Assembly (NCBI GenBank): GCA_043812975.1
Contig: JBDRLP010000057.1
Coordinates: 1-31,728 of the forward strand
Length of the DNA: 31,728 nt
Origin: Candidatus Iainarchaeum sp.
GTDB lineage: Archaea > Iainarchaeota > Iainarchaeia > Iainarchaeales > Iainarchaeaceae
Reading direction: 5' to 3'
Positions 15,186 to 24,531 of the stretch are shown piece by piece. The notes beneath the pieces were generated by a model. The model made no database searches, had not been told where the DNA came from, and worked only from the letters and a program-made list of their open reading frames with translations. The stretch's first letter is position 1; each line of letters begins with the position of its first letter. The translations under genes and the position numbers were made by a program.

Positions 15186-16226
15186 TCAAGCTATCTCAGG
15201 GAGATCAAGGCTTTCTTCGTCTTTTCCTGAAATCTTGCCTAATAACCATGCTTTTTCACTATTTTTGTTCAGGAATTCAATTGCCTTTTCTGCGTCTTTT
15301 CTGGAAACAACGATAACAAGGCCAATTCCCATGTTAAACGCCCTGTACATTTCCTTTTCATCAATATTTCCGGAATTCTGGATTAATTTGAAAATATACG
15401 GTACTTCAATCGAAGAATAATCATATTCTGCTTTTAGTCCTTTTGGAAGTATCCTTGGAACATTCTCAACCAACCCTCCGCCCGTAATATGAGAAATTCC
15501 TTTTACAGTTATTTTACTCATTAAAGAGATAATTACTTTTGAGTAACTTCTGTGAACTTTCAATAATTCATCGCCAAGAGTTCCACGGAATTCTTTGAAA
15601 TAATCTTTAGGATCCAAATGAGATTGTTCAAACAAAACATGTCTTGCAAGAGAATAACCATTTGTATGAAGGCCATCAGATGCAAGTCCTATCATTACAT
15701 CTCCTGCTTTTATTTTAGAACCATCAACAAGGTTTGTTTTTTCAACAACACCAACCATACAGCCAACAACATCGTGTTCTTTTTTTTCATATACTCCAGG
15801 CATTTCTGCAGTTTCCCCGCCAATTAAAGCACAGTCAATTTCCTTGCATGCTTTTGCCATTCCTGTTACAATATCCTGAACATTTTTTGGCAAAATTTTA
15901 TCAGAAGCCAAATAATCCAAAAAGAAAAGCGGCTTAGCCCCCAAAGCAAGAATGTCATTCGAACAATGATTTACAATATCCTGACCTATTGTTTTCCAGT
16001 TTTCCATTTTAGAAGCAACTTTTAATTTAGTTCCGACACCATCAATAGTAGAAACAAGAATAGGGTTTTTCATTTTTACAATTTTTGCTAACGAAAATGC
16101 ACCGCCAAAAGAACCAAGACCTGTAAGAACCTGAGCATTATGAGTTTCTTTCACAACATTTTTTATTCTTTCAACTGATTCATTGCCGGCGTCAATATCA
16201 ACACCGGCATCCTTGTAAGATGCCAT
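15186..16226 (-). CDS. purM: Phosphoribosylformylglycinamidine cyclo-ligase (AIR synthetase)
   Basis: SYKDAGVDI, DGVGTK, GGETAEMPG, GLHTNGYSL, HITGGG and FNMGIG motifs. Confidence 0.98.
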   Translation of the reverse strand: MASYKDAGVDIDAGNESVERIKNVVKETHNAQVLTGLGSFGGAFSLAKIVKMKNPILVSTIDGVGTKLKVASKMENWKTIGQDIVNHCSNDILALGAKPLFFLDYLASDKILPKNVQDIVTGMAKACKEIDCALIGGETAEMPGVYEKKEHDVVGCMVGVVEKTNLVDGSKIKAGDVMIGLASDGLHTNGYSLARHVLFEQSHLDPKDYFKEFRGTLGDELLKVHRSYSKVIISLMSKITVKGISHITGGGLVENVPRILPKGLKAEYDYSSIEVPYIFKLIQNSGNIDEKEMYRAFNMGIGLVIVVSRKDAEKAIEFLNKNSEKAWLLGKISGKDEESLDLPEIA

Positions 16227-17602
16227 TACTTGAACCTCTTTTTCCAATAAGCACAAACTTCTTCGGTTTTTTTGACTGACAAACCAATGTATTCTTCAGG
16301 AGTTTCAAGAAGGAGCAATTCTTTCTTTGATAATTTTTTTAAATAAGGTTCGAGTATTTTATTGTTTTTTGCAATCTCCATAACTGTTTTGTCTGAATCT
16401 TGTGCTTTGAGGGTTATCTGTCTTACAATTTCATGAGCATCTTCATACCCGTACTTTGCAAGCAGAATGTAAAGCGGTTCTGCGATTACTTTTTCTTTTG
16501 CAGAATCAAAATTTTTCTTCATTGAGTTTCGGTCAACAACTAAATTTGAACACACTTTATACAATCGCTCATTGGATGATAAAAGTGCTAAGAATAATTC
16601 AGGAATAAACCTTGCAGAAGCACTGTTTGTTAAATCTCTCTGGTGTTCTGAAATTGAATCTGAATAAAAAGTGATTATTCTTGGCATAAACTGTTTCCAG
16701 AGACTTTTCACGTTTTCAAAATTAATCGGGTTTCTCTTATGCGGCATTGTGGAAGAACCTACTTGTTTTGCTCCAAAGCCTTCAGCAATTTCACTTATTT
16801 CACTTCTTTGCAAATGCCTCATATCATCAGAAAAGTTTGCAAGAACATTGAAAACTTCAATTGTGGAATGCATCAAATCTAAAAGAGATTCAGGAGGAAC
16901 TATTTGTGTTGAGTGCATTGCAGTTTTTAATCCAAGCTCCTGCATAATATCTTTTTCAAACTTTGCAGGATTTTTTAATAATAATGAGGAAGCATTAAAC
17001 GCACCAACTGCTCCTGAGAACTTTCCTTCAAGCTGTTCAGAGCAATACTCCATATTTGCAATTGATTTTCCAAGACGGTTAACAAAGCCTGCCATTGCAA
17101 AACCAAAAGTTATTGGTTCTGCATGCTGACCATGAGTTCTTCCAATTTGAATTGTTTTCTTTTCACGTAAAGCAATTTTGCACCATAATTTCAATAATCT
17201 TTTTAGTTCAGGCAAAACAAGTTCATTAACTGCTTCTTTATACCTTATTGCTGAAGCAGTATCAACAATATCATAAGAGGTTGCTGAAAAGTGAATGTAA
17301 GGTTTTGCTTCCTTTGAAACCTTGGATCGCATTACATTTGCCAAGGCCCTTACATCATGCTTTATTCTTGCTTCTTCCTTGTAAACATCTTCGGCTTTTA
17401 TTTTTTCTGCAATTCTTTTAACTTCTTTTGCTATTTTTTTTGAACAAACACCCTGCTTTGAAAGGCCAGTTACTAATGCTGCTTCAACCATTGCCTGATA
17501 ATAAACACGCGCATTTTCAGAAAAATAGAGCTCAGCCCTCTTTTTCAAAGGACCGCTAATATAACGATAATCTAATGGTGAGAATAAATCAAACTTATCC
17601 AT
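16226..17602 (-). CDS. purB: Adenylosuccinate lyase
   Basis: GRTHGQHA and the fumarate-lyase signature GSSTMPHKRNPINFE. Confidence 0.97.
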   Translation of the reverse strand: MDKFDLFSPLDYRYISGPLKKRAELYFSENARVYYQAMVEAALVTGLSKQGVCSKKIAKEVKRIAEKIKAEDVYKEEARIKHDVRALANVMRSKVSKEAKPYIHFSATSYDIVDTASAIRYKEAVNELVLPELKRLLKLWCKIALREKKTIQIGRTHGQHAEPITFGFAMAGFVNRLGKSIANMEYCSEQLEGKFSGAVGAFNASSLLLKNPAKFEKDIMQELGLKTAMHSTQIVPPESLLDLMHSTIEVFNVLANFSDDMRHLQRSEISEIAEGFGAKQVGSSTMPHKRNPINFENVKSLWKQFMPRIITFYSDSISEHQRDLTNSASARFIPELFLALLSSNERLYKVCSNLVVDRNSMKKNFDSAKEKVIAEPLYILLAKYGYEDAHEIVRQITLKAQDSDKTVMEIAKNNKILEPYLKKLSKKELLLLETPEEYIGLSVKKTEEVCAYWKKRFK

Positions 17603-17647
17603 TAAAACGCCTAATTAATTTATGAATTAAAGTATATAAAACAGTAT

Positions 17648-17923
17648 TTATTTATCCAATCTTGCATGTTTTTGAACAAGTCTGGCAGTCAATCTCACCA
17701 TAGCAGAATCAGGAAATTTATGCCCAAACCATAATAAATTCAAAGATTTTAAAGCACTCTGAACTTGAGTCAAACTTTCAGAACTCCTTGCAATATATTC
17801 TATTTCCCTAAGCAATCTTCTTTGCTCAGGAGTAGCATGAATCACCCAGTGCTTTTTTGTACCAGAGCGTGTTTCAGCACCATTATATACTCTCTTCTTT
17901 CCTGCCATGGGATAATTAGGCAT
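17648..17923 (-). CDS. Orphan basic protein between purC and purB (start may be MAGKKR at 17908)
   Basis: 86-91-aa ORF filling the purC-purB gap, with no recognisable family. Confidence 0.6.
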   Translation of the reverse strand: MPNYPMAGKKRVYNGAETRSGTKKHWVIHATPEQRRLLREIEYIARSSESLTQVQSALKSLNLLWFGHKFPDSAMVRLTARLVQKHARLDK

Positions 17924-18881
17924 TTTTCTCTAAAAAAGCTTTGTATTGATTCATTGTTTCTTCAATAGTGGGTGCTTTCCAGATTTTTTTACCAATCCAG
18001 GCTTCACAAACTGATTTATACATGTTTGAAATGATTTCTTTCAAATCTGCAGGAAGCGGTTCAGGAGCAGACCAATTTACTTTTTCAACTCCATTCTTTT
18101 TTGCGTCTTCCAGTTCTTTAACCCACGGAGTTGTATTGTAATAATCCCTTGCAACCTGCTTGCTCATATGAATTCCATTCCACAAAAACCTGTTTTCATC
18201 TAACGTTCCACAGACATCAACAAGAATCAATTCATTCTTTAGAGTTAAACCAAACTCTACTTTACCATCAGCATGCTCTAAACCAATGCTTTCTGCTTTT
18301 TCAGAAATAAAATCATTAATATTCAAAGCAGTTTCTTTCAGCTCATACAACTGATCTTCAGAAAGTTTAGACATATCCATTGCCTCATCCCATGAAAGAT
18401 AACGATCTGTTGGTTCTAACTTTGTTGAAACATCGATAAAAGCTTTCTCAAACTTGTGACCTGGCTGAGGCATTTCTTCCAAACCTAAATCATCCAAAGT
18501 TAAACTGCCATTTTCTAATCTTTTAAAAACACTGCTTCCTTTTGGAAGTGAATTCCTGAAAATAACTTCAAGCGGCACTAAATAATTTCTTGTTTCCTCA
18601 AAAATCTGGTTATCCTGCGGCATTAAAACTCTCACAAGATTAACCTGCATCTTGTTTCCTGAAACAAGTTTTCTGAAGTGGGTTTTAATCTCAAATTTTT
18701 TTTCGAGTTCCTTAAAATTATAAGCAGCTTGTTTGCACAAGGCCTCTCCTTTACCTGGAATTGTATCAGGCATTTTTCCGTAATCGAAAACACTGTAATC
18801 ATCAGTAAACTCGAAAACACCTACACCCATTGATTCTCCGGTTGCTTCCTTTTCAACAGTCAGATTTTTTACAGAACCCAT
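17916..18881 (-). CDS. purC: SAICAR synthetase (long archaeal form)
   Basis: MGSVK, FTDDYSVFDYG, PLEVIFRN, STKLE, DGKVEFG and DENRF motifs. Confidence 0.95.
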   Translation of the reverse strand: MGSVKNLTVEKEATGESMGVGVFEFTDDYSVFDYGKMPDTIPGKGEALCKQAAYNFKELEKKFEIKTHFRKLVSGNKMQVNLVRVLMPQDNQIFEETRNYLVPLEVIFRNSLPKGSSVFKRLENGSLTLDDLGLEEMPQPGHKFEKAFIDVSTKLEPTDRYLSWDEAMDMSKLSEDQLYELKETALNINDFISEKAESIGLEHADGKVEFGLTLKNELILVDVCGTLDENRFLWNGIHMSKQVARDYYNTTPWVKELEDAKKNGVEKVNWSAPEPLPADLKEIISNMYKSVCEAWIGKKIWKAPTIEETMNQYKAFLEKNA

Positions 18882-18924
18882 TACAACACCTCATTAAGAT
18901 TAGGGGTATTTAATTTATAAAAGT

Positions 18925-19710
18925 TCATTTTTTATTGGCATCAAGCACTTTTTGAGTAGCTTTTTTTTTCAATGAAACAAGTATATCATTATACTGGCCA
19001 TCAAGGTTTATCAGCTGAAGAGCCGAAATTGCAGCATTTTTATAAGAATTAAGTCCAACAGAAAATGAACTCTGAAGTGAATCAAAGAATTGTAAGGAAT
19101 CCTTTTTGGTTGAATTGTCTTTTACAAGAACTCTTATAATTACGTTTCTGTTTTTTGTGATTTTTTTCCCAAGCTTTGTAAACTCAATAAAAACTTTCGA
19201 ATGGTTTGGTTTGATTGAACTATTTTCAATTGTGAAAGGAATATTATTTTCTTCCATGAACTTTTTACATTGTTCAAAATACTTTTTCTCAACATCAGTT
19301 TTTTTCTTGACAAGAACAATTTCGTTAAATCCATTGACATAATTACTGCAGAGTCTCACAACTTTGCTTGTTTTGCCAACGCCAACAGCAAGAACAGGAA
19401 CATCAGGAGGCATTTGTGAAATAGTCAAAAAAGCATCAATTCCATTGAACGCACCATCACAAGGAATTCCTATTACTGGTTTTATTTTTTCAGCAGCTAA
19501 AGACCCAGGCAAAGCCGCACTTAAACCTGCACCCGCAACACAAATACTTGCATTAGTATCATTCAACGCAGATTTTACTTCCCTTGGAGTTTTATGTGCA
19601 CTAAGAACCTTGAATTCGTAAGAAATTCCAGCTTTATTGAATTTTTCTAATAATGACTCATAAACAGATTCATCACTTTTCGAGCCAAAAACAACAAAAA
19701 CATCAGTCAT
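18925..19710 (-). CDS. purE: PurE (AIR carboxylase/N5-CAIR mutase) with an extra degenerate PurE-like domain
   Basis: GSKSD, SAHKTP, AGLSAALPG and QMPPDVPV motifs; 261 aa versus about 160-170 typical. Confidence 0.9.
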   Translation of the reverse strand: MTDVFVVFGSKSDESVYESLLEKFNKAGISYEFKVLSAHKTPREVKSALNDTNASICVAGAGLSAALPGSLAAEKIKPVIGIPCDGAFNGIDAFLTISQMPPDVPVLAVGVGKTSKVVRLCSNYVNGFNEIVLVKKKTDVEKKYFEQCKKFMEENNIPFTIENSSIKPNHSKVFIEFTKLGKKITKNRNVIIRVLVKDNSTKKDSLQFFDSLQSSFSVGLNSYKNAAISALQLINLDGQYNDILVSLKKKATQKVLDANKK

Positions 19711-19721
19711 AGTAATAGATG

Positions 19722-19739
19722 AAAGGATTTGTTTTTAAA
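19722..19739 (+). repeat. 18-bp direct repeat, left of vapBC (contains a TATA box)
   Basis: aaaggatttgtttttaaa is identical to 20392-20409. Confidence 0.9.
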
Positions 19740-19782
19740 TCGGATTTTCAGGAAAAACCAGAAAAACAAAAATTTAAATATA

Positions 19783-19813
19783 ACTAGTTGTATAATTATA
19801 CTAGTGGTATAAT
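19783..19813 (+). promoter_or_regulatory. Probable antitoxin operator: two ACTAGT-centred 14-mers between the TATA box and the vapB start
   Basis: actagttgtataat (19783-19796) and actagtggtataat (19800-19813); TATA box atttaaata at 19772-19780. Confidence 0.6.
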
Positions 19814-20024
19814 GAATGATTTGGTTGCTGTTGCAAGAAAATGGGGAAACTCAATAGGGGTCACTTTTTCCAAAGAACTGGTTGAAAAACAGAGAATAAA
19901 ACCCAATGACAGGCTTGTGATTTCTGTCAGGAAAGCAAAGGGGATTGAAAGTCTTTTTGGCACACTCAAAACCAAAAAATCCGCACAAAAAATAAAAGAT
20001 GAGCTAAGGCAGGGCTGGGATTAA
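19812..20024 (+). CDS. vapB: AbrB/MazE-type antitoxin
   Basis: RKWGNSIGV AbrB motif and a C-terminal SLFG...ELR.GW; directly upstream of a PIN toxin. Confidence 0.88.
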   Translation: MNDLVAVARKWGNSIGVTFSKELVEKQRIKPNDRLVISVRKAKGIESLFGTLKTKKSAQKIKDELRQGWD

Positions 20025-20026
20025 AA

Positions 20027-20392
20027 TTGATTTTCTTTGCCGACACATACGCCATAATAGACTTTTTGAAGGGAAATCCAAGATATAAAAAATATTTTGT
20101 CCAGCACGATTTTATAACAACAAAACTTAACCTGCTTGAACTTTATTATTCAGCCCTTTCTGAAGAATCACAAGAATTAGCAGATGAGTATTATAATTCC
20201 TTTCTCTCAAAAACAATAGAAATTGAGGATGATGATTTCAAAAAAGCAGCAAAATTCAAATTCAAGCATAAAAAACAGAATATTTCATATGTGGACGCAA
20301 TAGGCTATCAAATTGCTAATTCAAGGAAAATAAAGTTTCTCACTGGTGACAAGGAATTCAGGAAAATGTCAAATGTAGAATTTGTGAAATAA
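20027..20392 (+). CDS. vapC: PIN-domain toxin
   Basis: FADTYAII, LLE, ISYVDAI and LTGDKEF acidic PIN motifs; TTG start. Confidence 0.92.
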   Translation: MIFFADTYAIIDFLKGNPRYKKYFVQHDFITTKLNLLELYYSALSEESQELADEYYNSFLSKTIEIEDDDFKKAAKFKFKHKKQNISYVDAIGYQIANSRKIKFLTGDKEFRKMSNVEFVK

Positions 20393-20409
20393 AAGGATTT
20401 GTTTTTAAA
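20392..20409 (+). repeat. 18-bp direct repeat, right of vapBC (probable purA TATA box)
   Basis: Identical to 19722-19739. Confidence 0.9.
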
Positions 20410-20439
20410 GCCTGCCAACTTTTATTTTTAGGGACTAAA

Positions 20440-21696
20440 ATGTCAGGAACTGTTATAATCGGATCCCAGTTCGGGGATGAAGGAAAAGGAAAAGTAACTG
20501 ATTTTTACGGAAACAACGCTGATTTGGTTGTAAGATATCAGGGCGGGAACAACGCAGGCCATACAGTAGTTATAGGAAATCGAATCCTCAAATTCCATTT
20601 ACTGCCTTCAGGAGTTGCTCAGGGAAAAAGAATCTTAATAGGAGCAGGAGTTGTTCTTGATCCAAGGGTTTTGAAAAAAGAAATTGAAAATTTTAAGGAT
20701 AAAGTTGACCTTGGAATTGACCCGAGAACACACATCATAATGCCATGGCATAACCTGGAAGATGAAGGAAGAGAAGATTCACGAGGTAAAACCAAAATCG
20801 GCACAACAAAAAGAGGAATAGGGCCTGCTTATGCCGATAAAGCACAAAGAGTAGGAATTCGTTTTGAGGATTTAGTTGACAAAAACAGGTTAGCTGAAAA
20901 AATCAGAGATATTTTTCAGGTAAAAAAAGCTATTTTAGAAAAAGTTTATGAATTAAAATTACCATTTGATGAAAATTCTGTTTTAGAAGAATACTCCAAA
21001 CTCGGGAAATTATTCAAACCAATGCTGAGCGACGTAAGCTTAGAGGTTTGCACTGCACTTGATCAGGGAAAAAATGTTCTTTTTGAAGGAGCTCAGGGAA
21101 CTTTTTTGGATAATGATTTTGGAACATACCCATTTGTAACAAGTTCACACCCGATTTCCGGAGGAGTTTCAACAGGAGTCGGAATGCCACTCAACAAAAT
21201 TGAAAGAATAATAGGAATTGTAAAAGCATACACCACAAGAGTTGGTTTCGGGCCTTTTCCTACTGAACTGAAAGATGAAATCGGGAATCATTTGGTTGAG
21301 AAGGGTAATGAATTCGGAACAACAACAGGAAGAAAAAGAAGAGTCGGCTGGTTAGATCTTCCAATGATGAAAACTTCAATGAGATTAAATGGTTTTTCAG
21401 AAATAGCAATAACCAAACTTGACGTGCTTTCAGGATTAGAAAAAATTAAGGTTTGTACGAGTTATACTGTTGGCGATAAAAAAATCGATTTGTTTCCTTA
21501 CTCGAACAAGGGCCTGGAAAATGCAGTTGCAAATTACGAAGAATTTGACGGCTTCAAAATTACAGGAAAGGAAAAAAATTATTCTGAATTGGATGAGAAT
21601 GCTCGTAAATATTTGGATTTTATTGAAAAAGGAATAGGTGCTCCGATAAAACTTGTTTCAATTGGGCCTGAAAGAGAAGAAACTATTCTAAAGTGA
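20440..21696 (+). CDS. purA: Adenylosuccinate synthetase
   Basis: QFGDEGKGK, GGNNAGHT, GIGPAYADK and EFGTTTGRKRRVGWLD motifs. Confidence 0.98.
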   Translation: MSGTVIIGSQFGDEGKGKVTDFYGNNADLVVRYQGGNNAGHTVVIGNRILKFHLLPSGVAQGKRILIGAGVVLDPRVLKKEIENFKDKVDLGIDPRTHIIMPWHNLEDEGREDSRGKTKIGTTKRGIGPAYADKAQRVGIRFEDLVDKNRLAEKIRDIFQVKKAILEKVYELKLPFDENSVLEEYSKLGKLFKPMLSDVSLEVCTALDQGKNVLFEGAQGTFLDNDFGTYPFVTSSHPISGGVSTGVGMPLNKIERIIGIVKAYTTRVGFGPFPTELKDEIGNHLVEKGNEFGTTTGRKRRVGWLDLPMMKTSMRLNGFSEIAITKLDVLSGLEKIKVCTSYTVGDKKIDLFPYSNKGLENAVANYEEFDGFKITGKEKNYSELDENARKYLDFIEKGIGAPIKLVSIGPEREETILK

Positions 21697-21702
21697 AATC
21701 TA

Positions 21703-22131
21703 ATGCCTAGAAAAAAAAGCACTCTTGCGGACAGAAAAGAAGTCCACGAAAGAGGGTTACCTGAAAAACGAGAGTTAGGCACAATTGGTACACTCAGCAA
21801 ATTTCTTCGGTTAAGAAGACTCAGGCAAGAAGAAAATATGGTAAGAGCAAATGGAAATTACAAAAAGGTAATGACAAAAGTTAAGGAACACGGATTAAGC
21901 CATTGGAAAATCTCTATGAAAAAAAAACTTGCATTATTAGAGTTTCTTTCACACCCATATAACCGTGTAGCCCCTGAAAAAAACACTCATAGTTTTGAAA
22001 TTTACACTAAAAAAAAATCACATATATCACATATAGGGCAGAAGGAAACAATAACAATTACAGTTACAACAGGAGTAGCTGTTGAAAAAATCAATGAAGA
22101 AGCCATAACAATTGCAATAACAAGAGTTTAG
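21703..22131 (+). CDS. Orphan basic protein (MPRKKS...)
   Basis: 142-aa ORF starting 6 nt after the purA stop, with no recognisable family. Confidence 0.65.
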   Translation: MPRKKSTLADRKEVHERGLPEKRELGTIGTLSKFLRLRRLRQEENMVRANGNYKKVMTKVKEHGLSHWKISMKKKLALLEFLSHPYNRVAPEKNTHSFEIYTKKKSHISHIGQKETITITVTTGVAVEKINEEAITIAITRV

Positions 22132-22136
22132 AAAAA

Positions 22137-22337
22137 TCAGATTTTTCTGATTCCATCACACATTGGAAAAGCCATGCAACCCCAAAACGCACCGAATTTA
22201 CTTTTTCTTATCTGCATTGCAAGATTACAGTTAGGGCATTTAGGGGAATTTACTTTTGCTTTTGCATGCTTGGAACAAACAGGCATTCCGCTTGAATTAG
22301 ATTTTGATGCTTCGCTTCCACATTCAGCGCATTTCAT
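22137..22337 (-). CDS. Small zinc-ribbon protein with a topoisomerase I C4-type zinc finger
   Basis: MKCAEC...CSKH plus CPNC...IRKSKFGAFWGCMAFPMC. Start reassigned to the ATG at 22337. Confidence 0.85.
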   Translation of the reverse strand: MKCAECGSEASKSNSSGMPVCSKHAKAKVNSPKCPNCNLAMQIRKSKFGAFWGCMAFPMCDGIRKI

Positions 22338-22404
22338 TAGAATCAGAATGAGTAAAAGAACAAAAGGAATATAAAACTTCATCTCCAAATACTGAAAAAA
22401 AAAT

Positions 22405-22791
22405 TTAACTTGCAGCAAACTTTTCTTTGTCAAGATTAATTTCTTCCTGCAACCGGTTGAAAACTTCTCTGAAGGTTTCCAGAACTTCTTTTGATTTTTC
22501 GCCAAACAATGGTTTTAGCATTCCAATAGCCTGACCAAGCTCCTCATCCTTAACCAAAAAAACATTTATAGATTCAGACTGGTCTTTAATAATATCAATG
22601 AAAGAAGCCTTAGCCTGAAGAGCAATACCGTCAACAGAAAGTGCTTTTTCAAGCGCAAATTTGGCACTTTCATTAATCTGAAGCTTTAAAACAGCATCAA
22701 ACCTGATCTTTTTCTTCCTTGTTCTGCCAAAAATAGCATCATTAATACTTTTAGCTTTTTTTGAAAGCTCTTCTCTTGAAATTTCAGCCAT
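22405..22791 (-). CDS. Hypothetical protein
   Basis: 128-aa ORF with typical codon usage and a TATA box about 25 nt upstream. Confidence 0.75.
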   Translation of the reverse strand: MAEISREELSKKAKSINDAIFGRTRKKKIRFDAVLKLQINESAKFALEKALSVDGIALQAKASFIDIIKDQSESINVFLVKDEELGQAIGMLKPLFGEKSKEVLETFREVFNRLQEEINLDKEKFAAS

Positions 22792-22802
22792 GATTAAAAT
22801 AG

Positions 22803-22820
22803 CGGCGAAAGCATTAATAA
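22803..22820 (+). repeat. 18-bp direct repeat, left of the orphan ORF (BRE/TATA-like)
   Basis: cggcgaaagcattaataa is identical to 23214-23231; aaaatagcg is also shared (22796-22804 and 23198-23206). Confidence 0.85.
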
Positions 22821-22893
22821 AGATTTAATGTTGGTCGCTTGATGATTAAGCATCTTTAAAATAGGAGTTTGGATTATATTCTACTTGATAGGT

Positions 22894-23190
22894 ATGATGG
22901 TGAAACCAAAAAAGTTCAGGGAGAGGAGAAGAGGACAGGAAAAGGCGGATCACGAAGTCTATCATTATTCTGACCCTTCTGGGTCTGGTGGCCAGAGTGG
23001 AACAGAAAAACGTTCTAAGTATGGAAATCGCAGAGAATCCGGAAGAAGGACAGAGGACAGGGGGTTGGTCGGAGACCGCAGAAAATCTTTTATAGGAAGT
23101 CTTTCCTATGGTAAACCTGGCAGCCCAGATAAGCGCAAAGCTATTGTAGCAAGGCGCAAGCGTAGGGGCGATAGAAGGGATGTTGAATAA
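22894..23190 (+). CDS. Orphan Arg/Gly-rich, probably disordered protein with (D/E/N/G)RR motifs
   Basis: ORF MMVKPKKFRERRRG...GDRRDVE with its own TATA box (ctttaaaata, 22854-22863). Confidence 0.65.
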   Translation: MMVKPKKFRERRRGQEKADHEVYHYSDPSGSGGQSGTEKRSKYGNRRESGRRTEDRGLVGDRRKSFIGSLSYGKPGSPDKRKAIVARRKRRGDRRDVE

Positions 23191-23213
23191 AAGCACCAAA
23201 ATAGCGTCCAAAA

Positions 23214-23231
23214 CGGCGAAAGCATTAATAA
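23214..23231 (+). repeat. 18-bp direct repeat, right copy; probable glyA-operon promoter
   Basis: Identical to 22803-22820; lies upstream of the GGTGAGG RBS of glyA. Confidence 0.85.
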
Positions 23232-23270
23232 TTATTAATCCCTAATTCTATTACAATTGCTTGGTGAGGT

Positions 23271-24527
23271 GTGGTCTTGTATAAGCAACATTTGGATTAC
23301 TTAAAAATACACGATAATAAAGTATTTGAGTTAATAGAGAAAGAAAAAGAAAGACAAATGAATGGAATAGAGCTAATTGCTTCAGAAAATGTTGTTTCTC
23401 AGGGAGTGTTAGAAGCAATGGGAAGCGTTGCAACAAACAAATACTCTGAGGGATACCCGCACAAAAGATATTACGGCGGAAACGATGTAATTGATGAAAT
23501 AGAAGACCTTGCAATCAGCAGAGCAAAACAACTTTTTAATGCAGAACATGTAAACGTACAACCGCTAAGCGGGAGCCCTGCAAACATGGCTGTTTATTAT
23601 GCAATGTTAGAATTAGGAGACACTGCACTTGGAATGAAATTAACTGAAGGCGGACACTTAACTCACGGTCACAAAGTTAATTTTTCAGGAAAACTTTACA
23701 ATTTTGAACAATTCGGAGTAGATAAAGAAACAGAACAACTTAATTACGATGTAATAGCAGAACAGGCAGCAAAAATAAAACCAAAATTAATATTATCTGG
23801 TTTTACTGCTTACCCCCGAGAAATTGATTTCAAAAAATTCAGAAAAATAAGTGATGAAGTTAATGCGTTTTGTATGGCTGATGTTGCACACATTGCGGGT
23901 TTAATCGCAGGCGGAGTTCATGAAAATCCAGTGCCTTACTTTGATGCAGTAACAACAACAACTCACAAAAGCCTGAGGGGTCCAAGGGGGGCAATGATAA
24001 TGTGCAAAGAAGAATTTGCAGAAAAAATTGATAAAGCTGTTTTCCCGGGTTTACAAGGCGGACCGCACGAACATATTATTGCTGCAAAAGCAGTTGCATT
24101 CGGAGAAGCTTTAGAACCAAGCTTCAAAGAATACGCAGCACAAATAGTGAAGAATGCAAAAACACTTGCAAAAACACTTATGGATAATGGTCTAAGAATA
24201 ATTTCCGGAGGAACAGATACTCATTTGATTCTTGCAGATGTTACAAGCATTGGATTAAGGGGTAAAGAAGCAGAAACTACACTTGATAAGGTTGGAATTT
24301 ACTGTAATAAAAACACTGTTCCGTTTGATACTGGTTCTCCCTGGGATCCAAGCGGAATAAGATTAGGAACTCCTGTTCTAACAACAAGAGGAATGAAAGA
24401 AAAAGAAACAGAACAAATAGGGATGTTCATTTCTGAAGCATTAAAGAATTCAAAGGATGATATAAAGCTTCAGGAAATAAGAAAGCAAACACTGGAATTA
24501 TGCAAACAGTTTCGCTTTTATGAGTGA
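23271..24527 (+). CDS. glyA: Serine hydroxymethyltransferase (bacterial-type)
   Basis: [33 protein letters not shown] and FPGLQGGP motifs. Confidence 0.98.
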   Translation: MVLYKQHLDYLKIHDNKVFELIEKEKERQMNGIELIASENVVSQGVLEAMGSVATNKYSEGYPHKRYYGGNDVIDEIEDLAISRAKQLFNAEHVNVQPLSGSPANMAVYYAMLELGDTALGMKLTEGGHLTHGHKVNFSGKLYNFEQFGVDKETEQLNYDVIAEQAAKIKPKLILSGFTAYPREIDFKKFRKISDEVNAFCMADVAHIAGLIAGGVHENPVPYFDAVTTTTHKSLRGPRGAMIMCKEEFAEKIDKAVFPGLQGGPHEHIIAAKAVAFGEALEPSFKEYAAQIVKNAKTLAKTLMDNGLRIISGGTDTHLILADVTSIGLRGKEAETTLDKVGIYCNKNTVPFDTGSPWDPSGIRLGTPVLTTRGMKEKETEQIGMFISEALKNSKDDIKLQEIRKQTLELCKQFRFYE

Positions 24528-24531
24528 TTGA

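Noticed and set aside
17604..17926. 13/14 inverted repeat (aaaacgcctaatta / taattaggcatttt) flanking the purC-purB orphan
   Set aside because: It is short and AT-rich, the copies coincide with the purB RBS region and the purC stop, and there is no target duplication.
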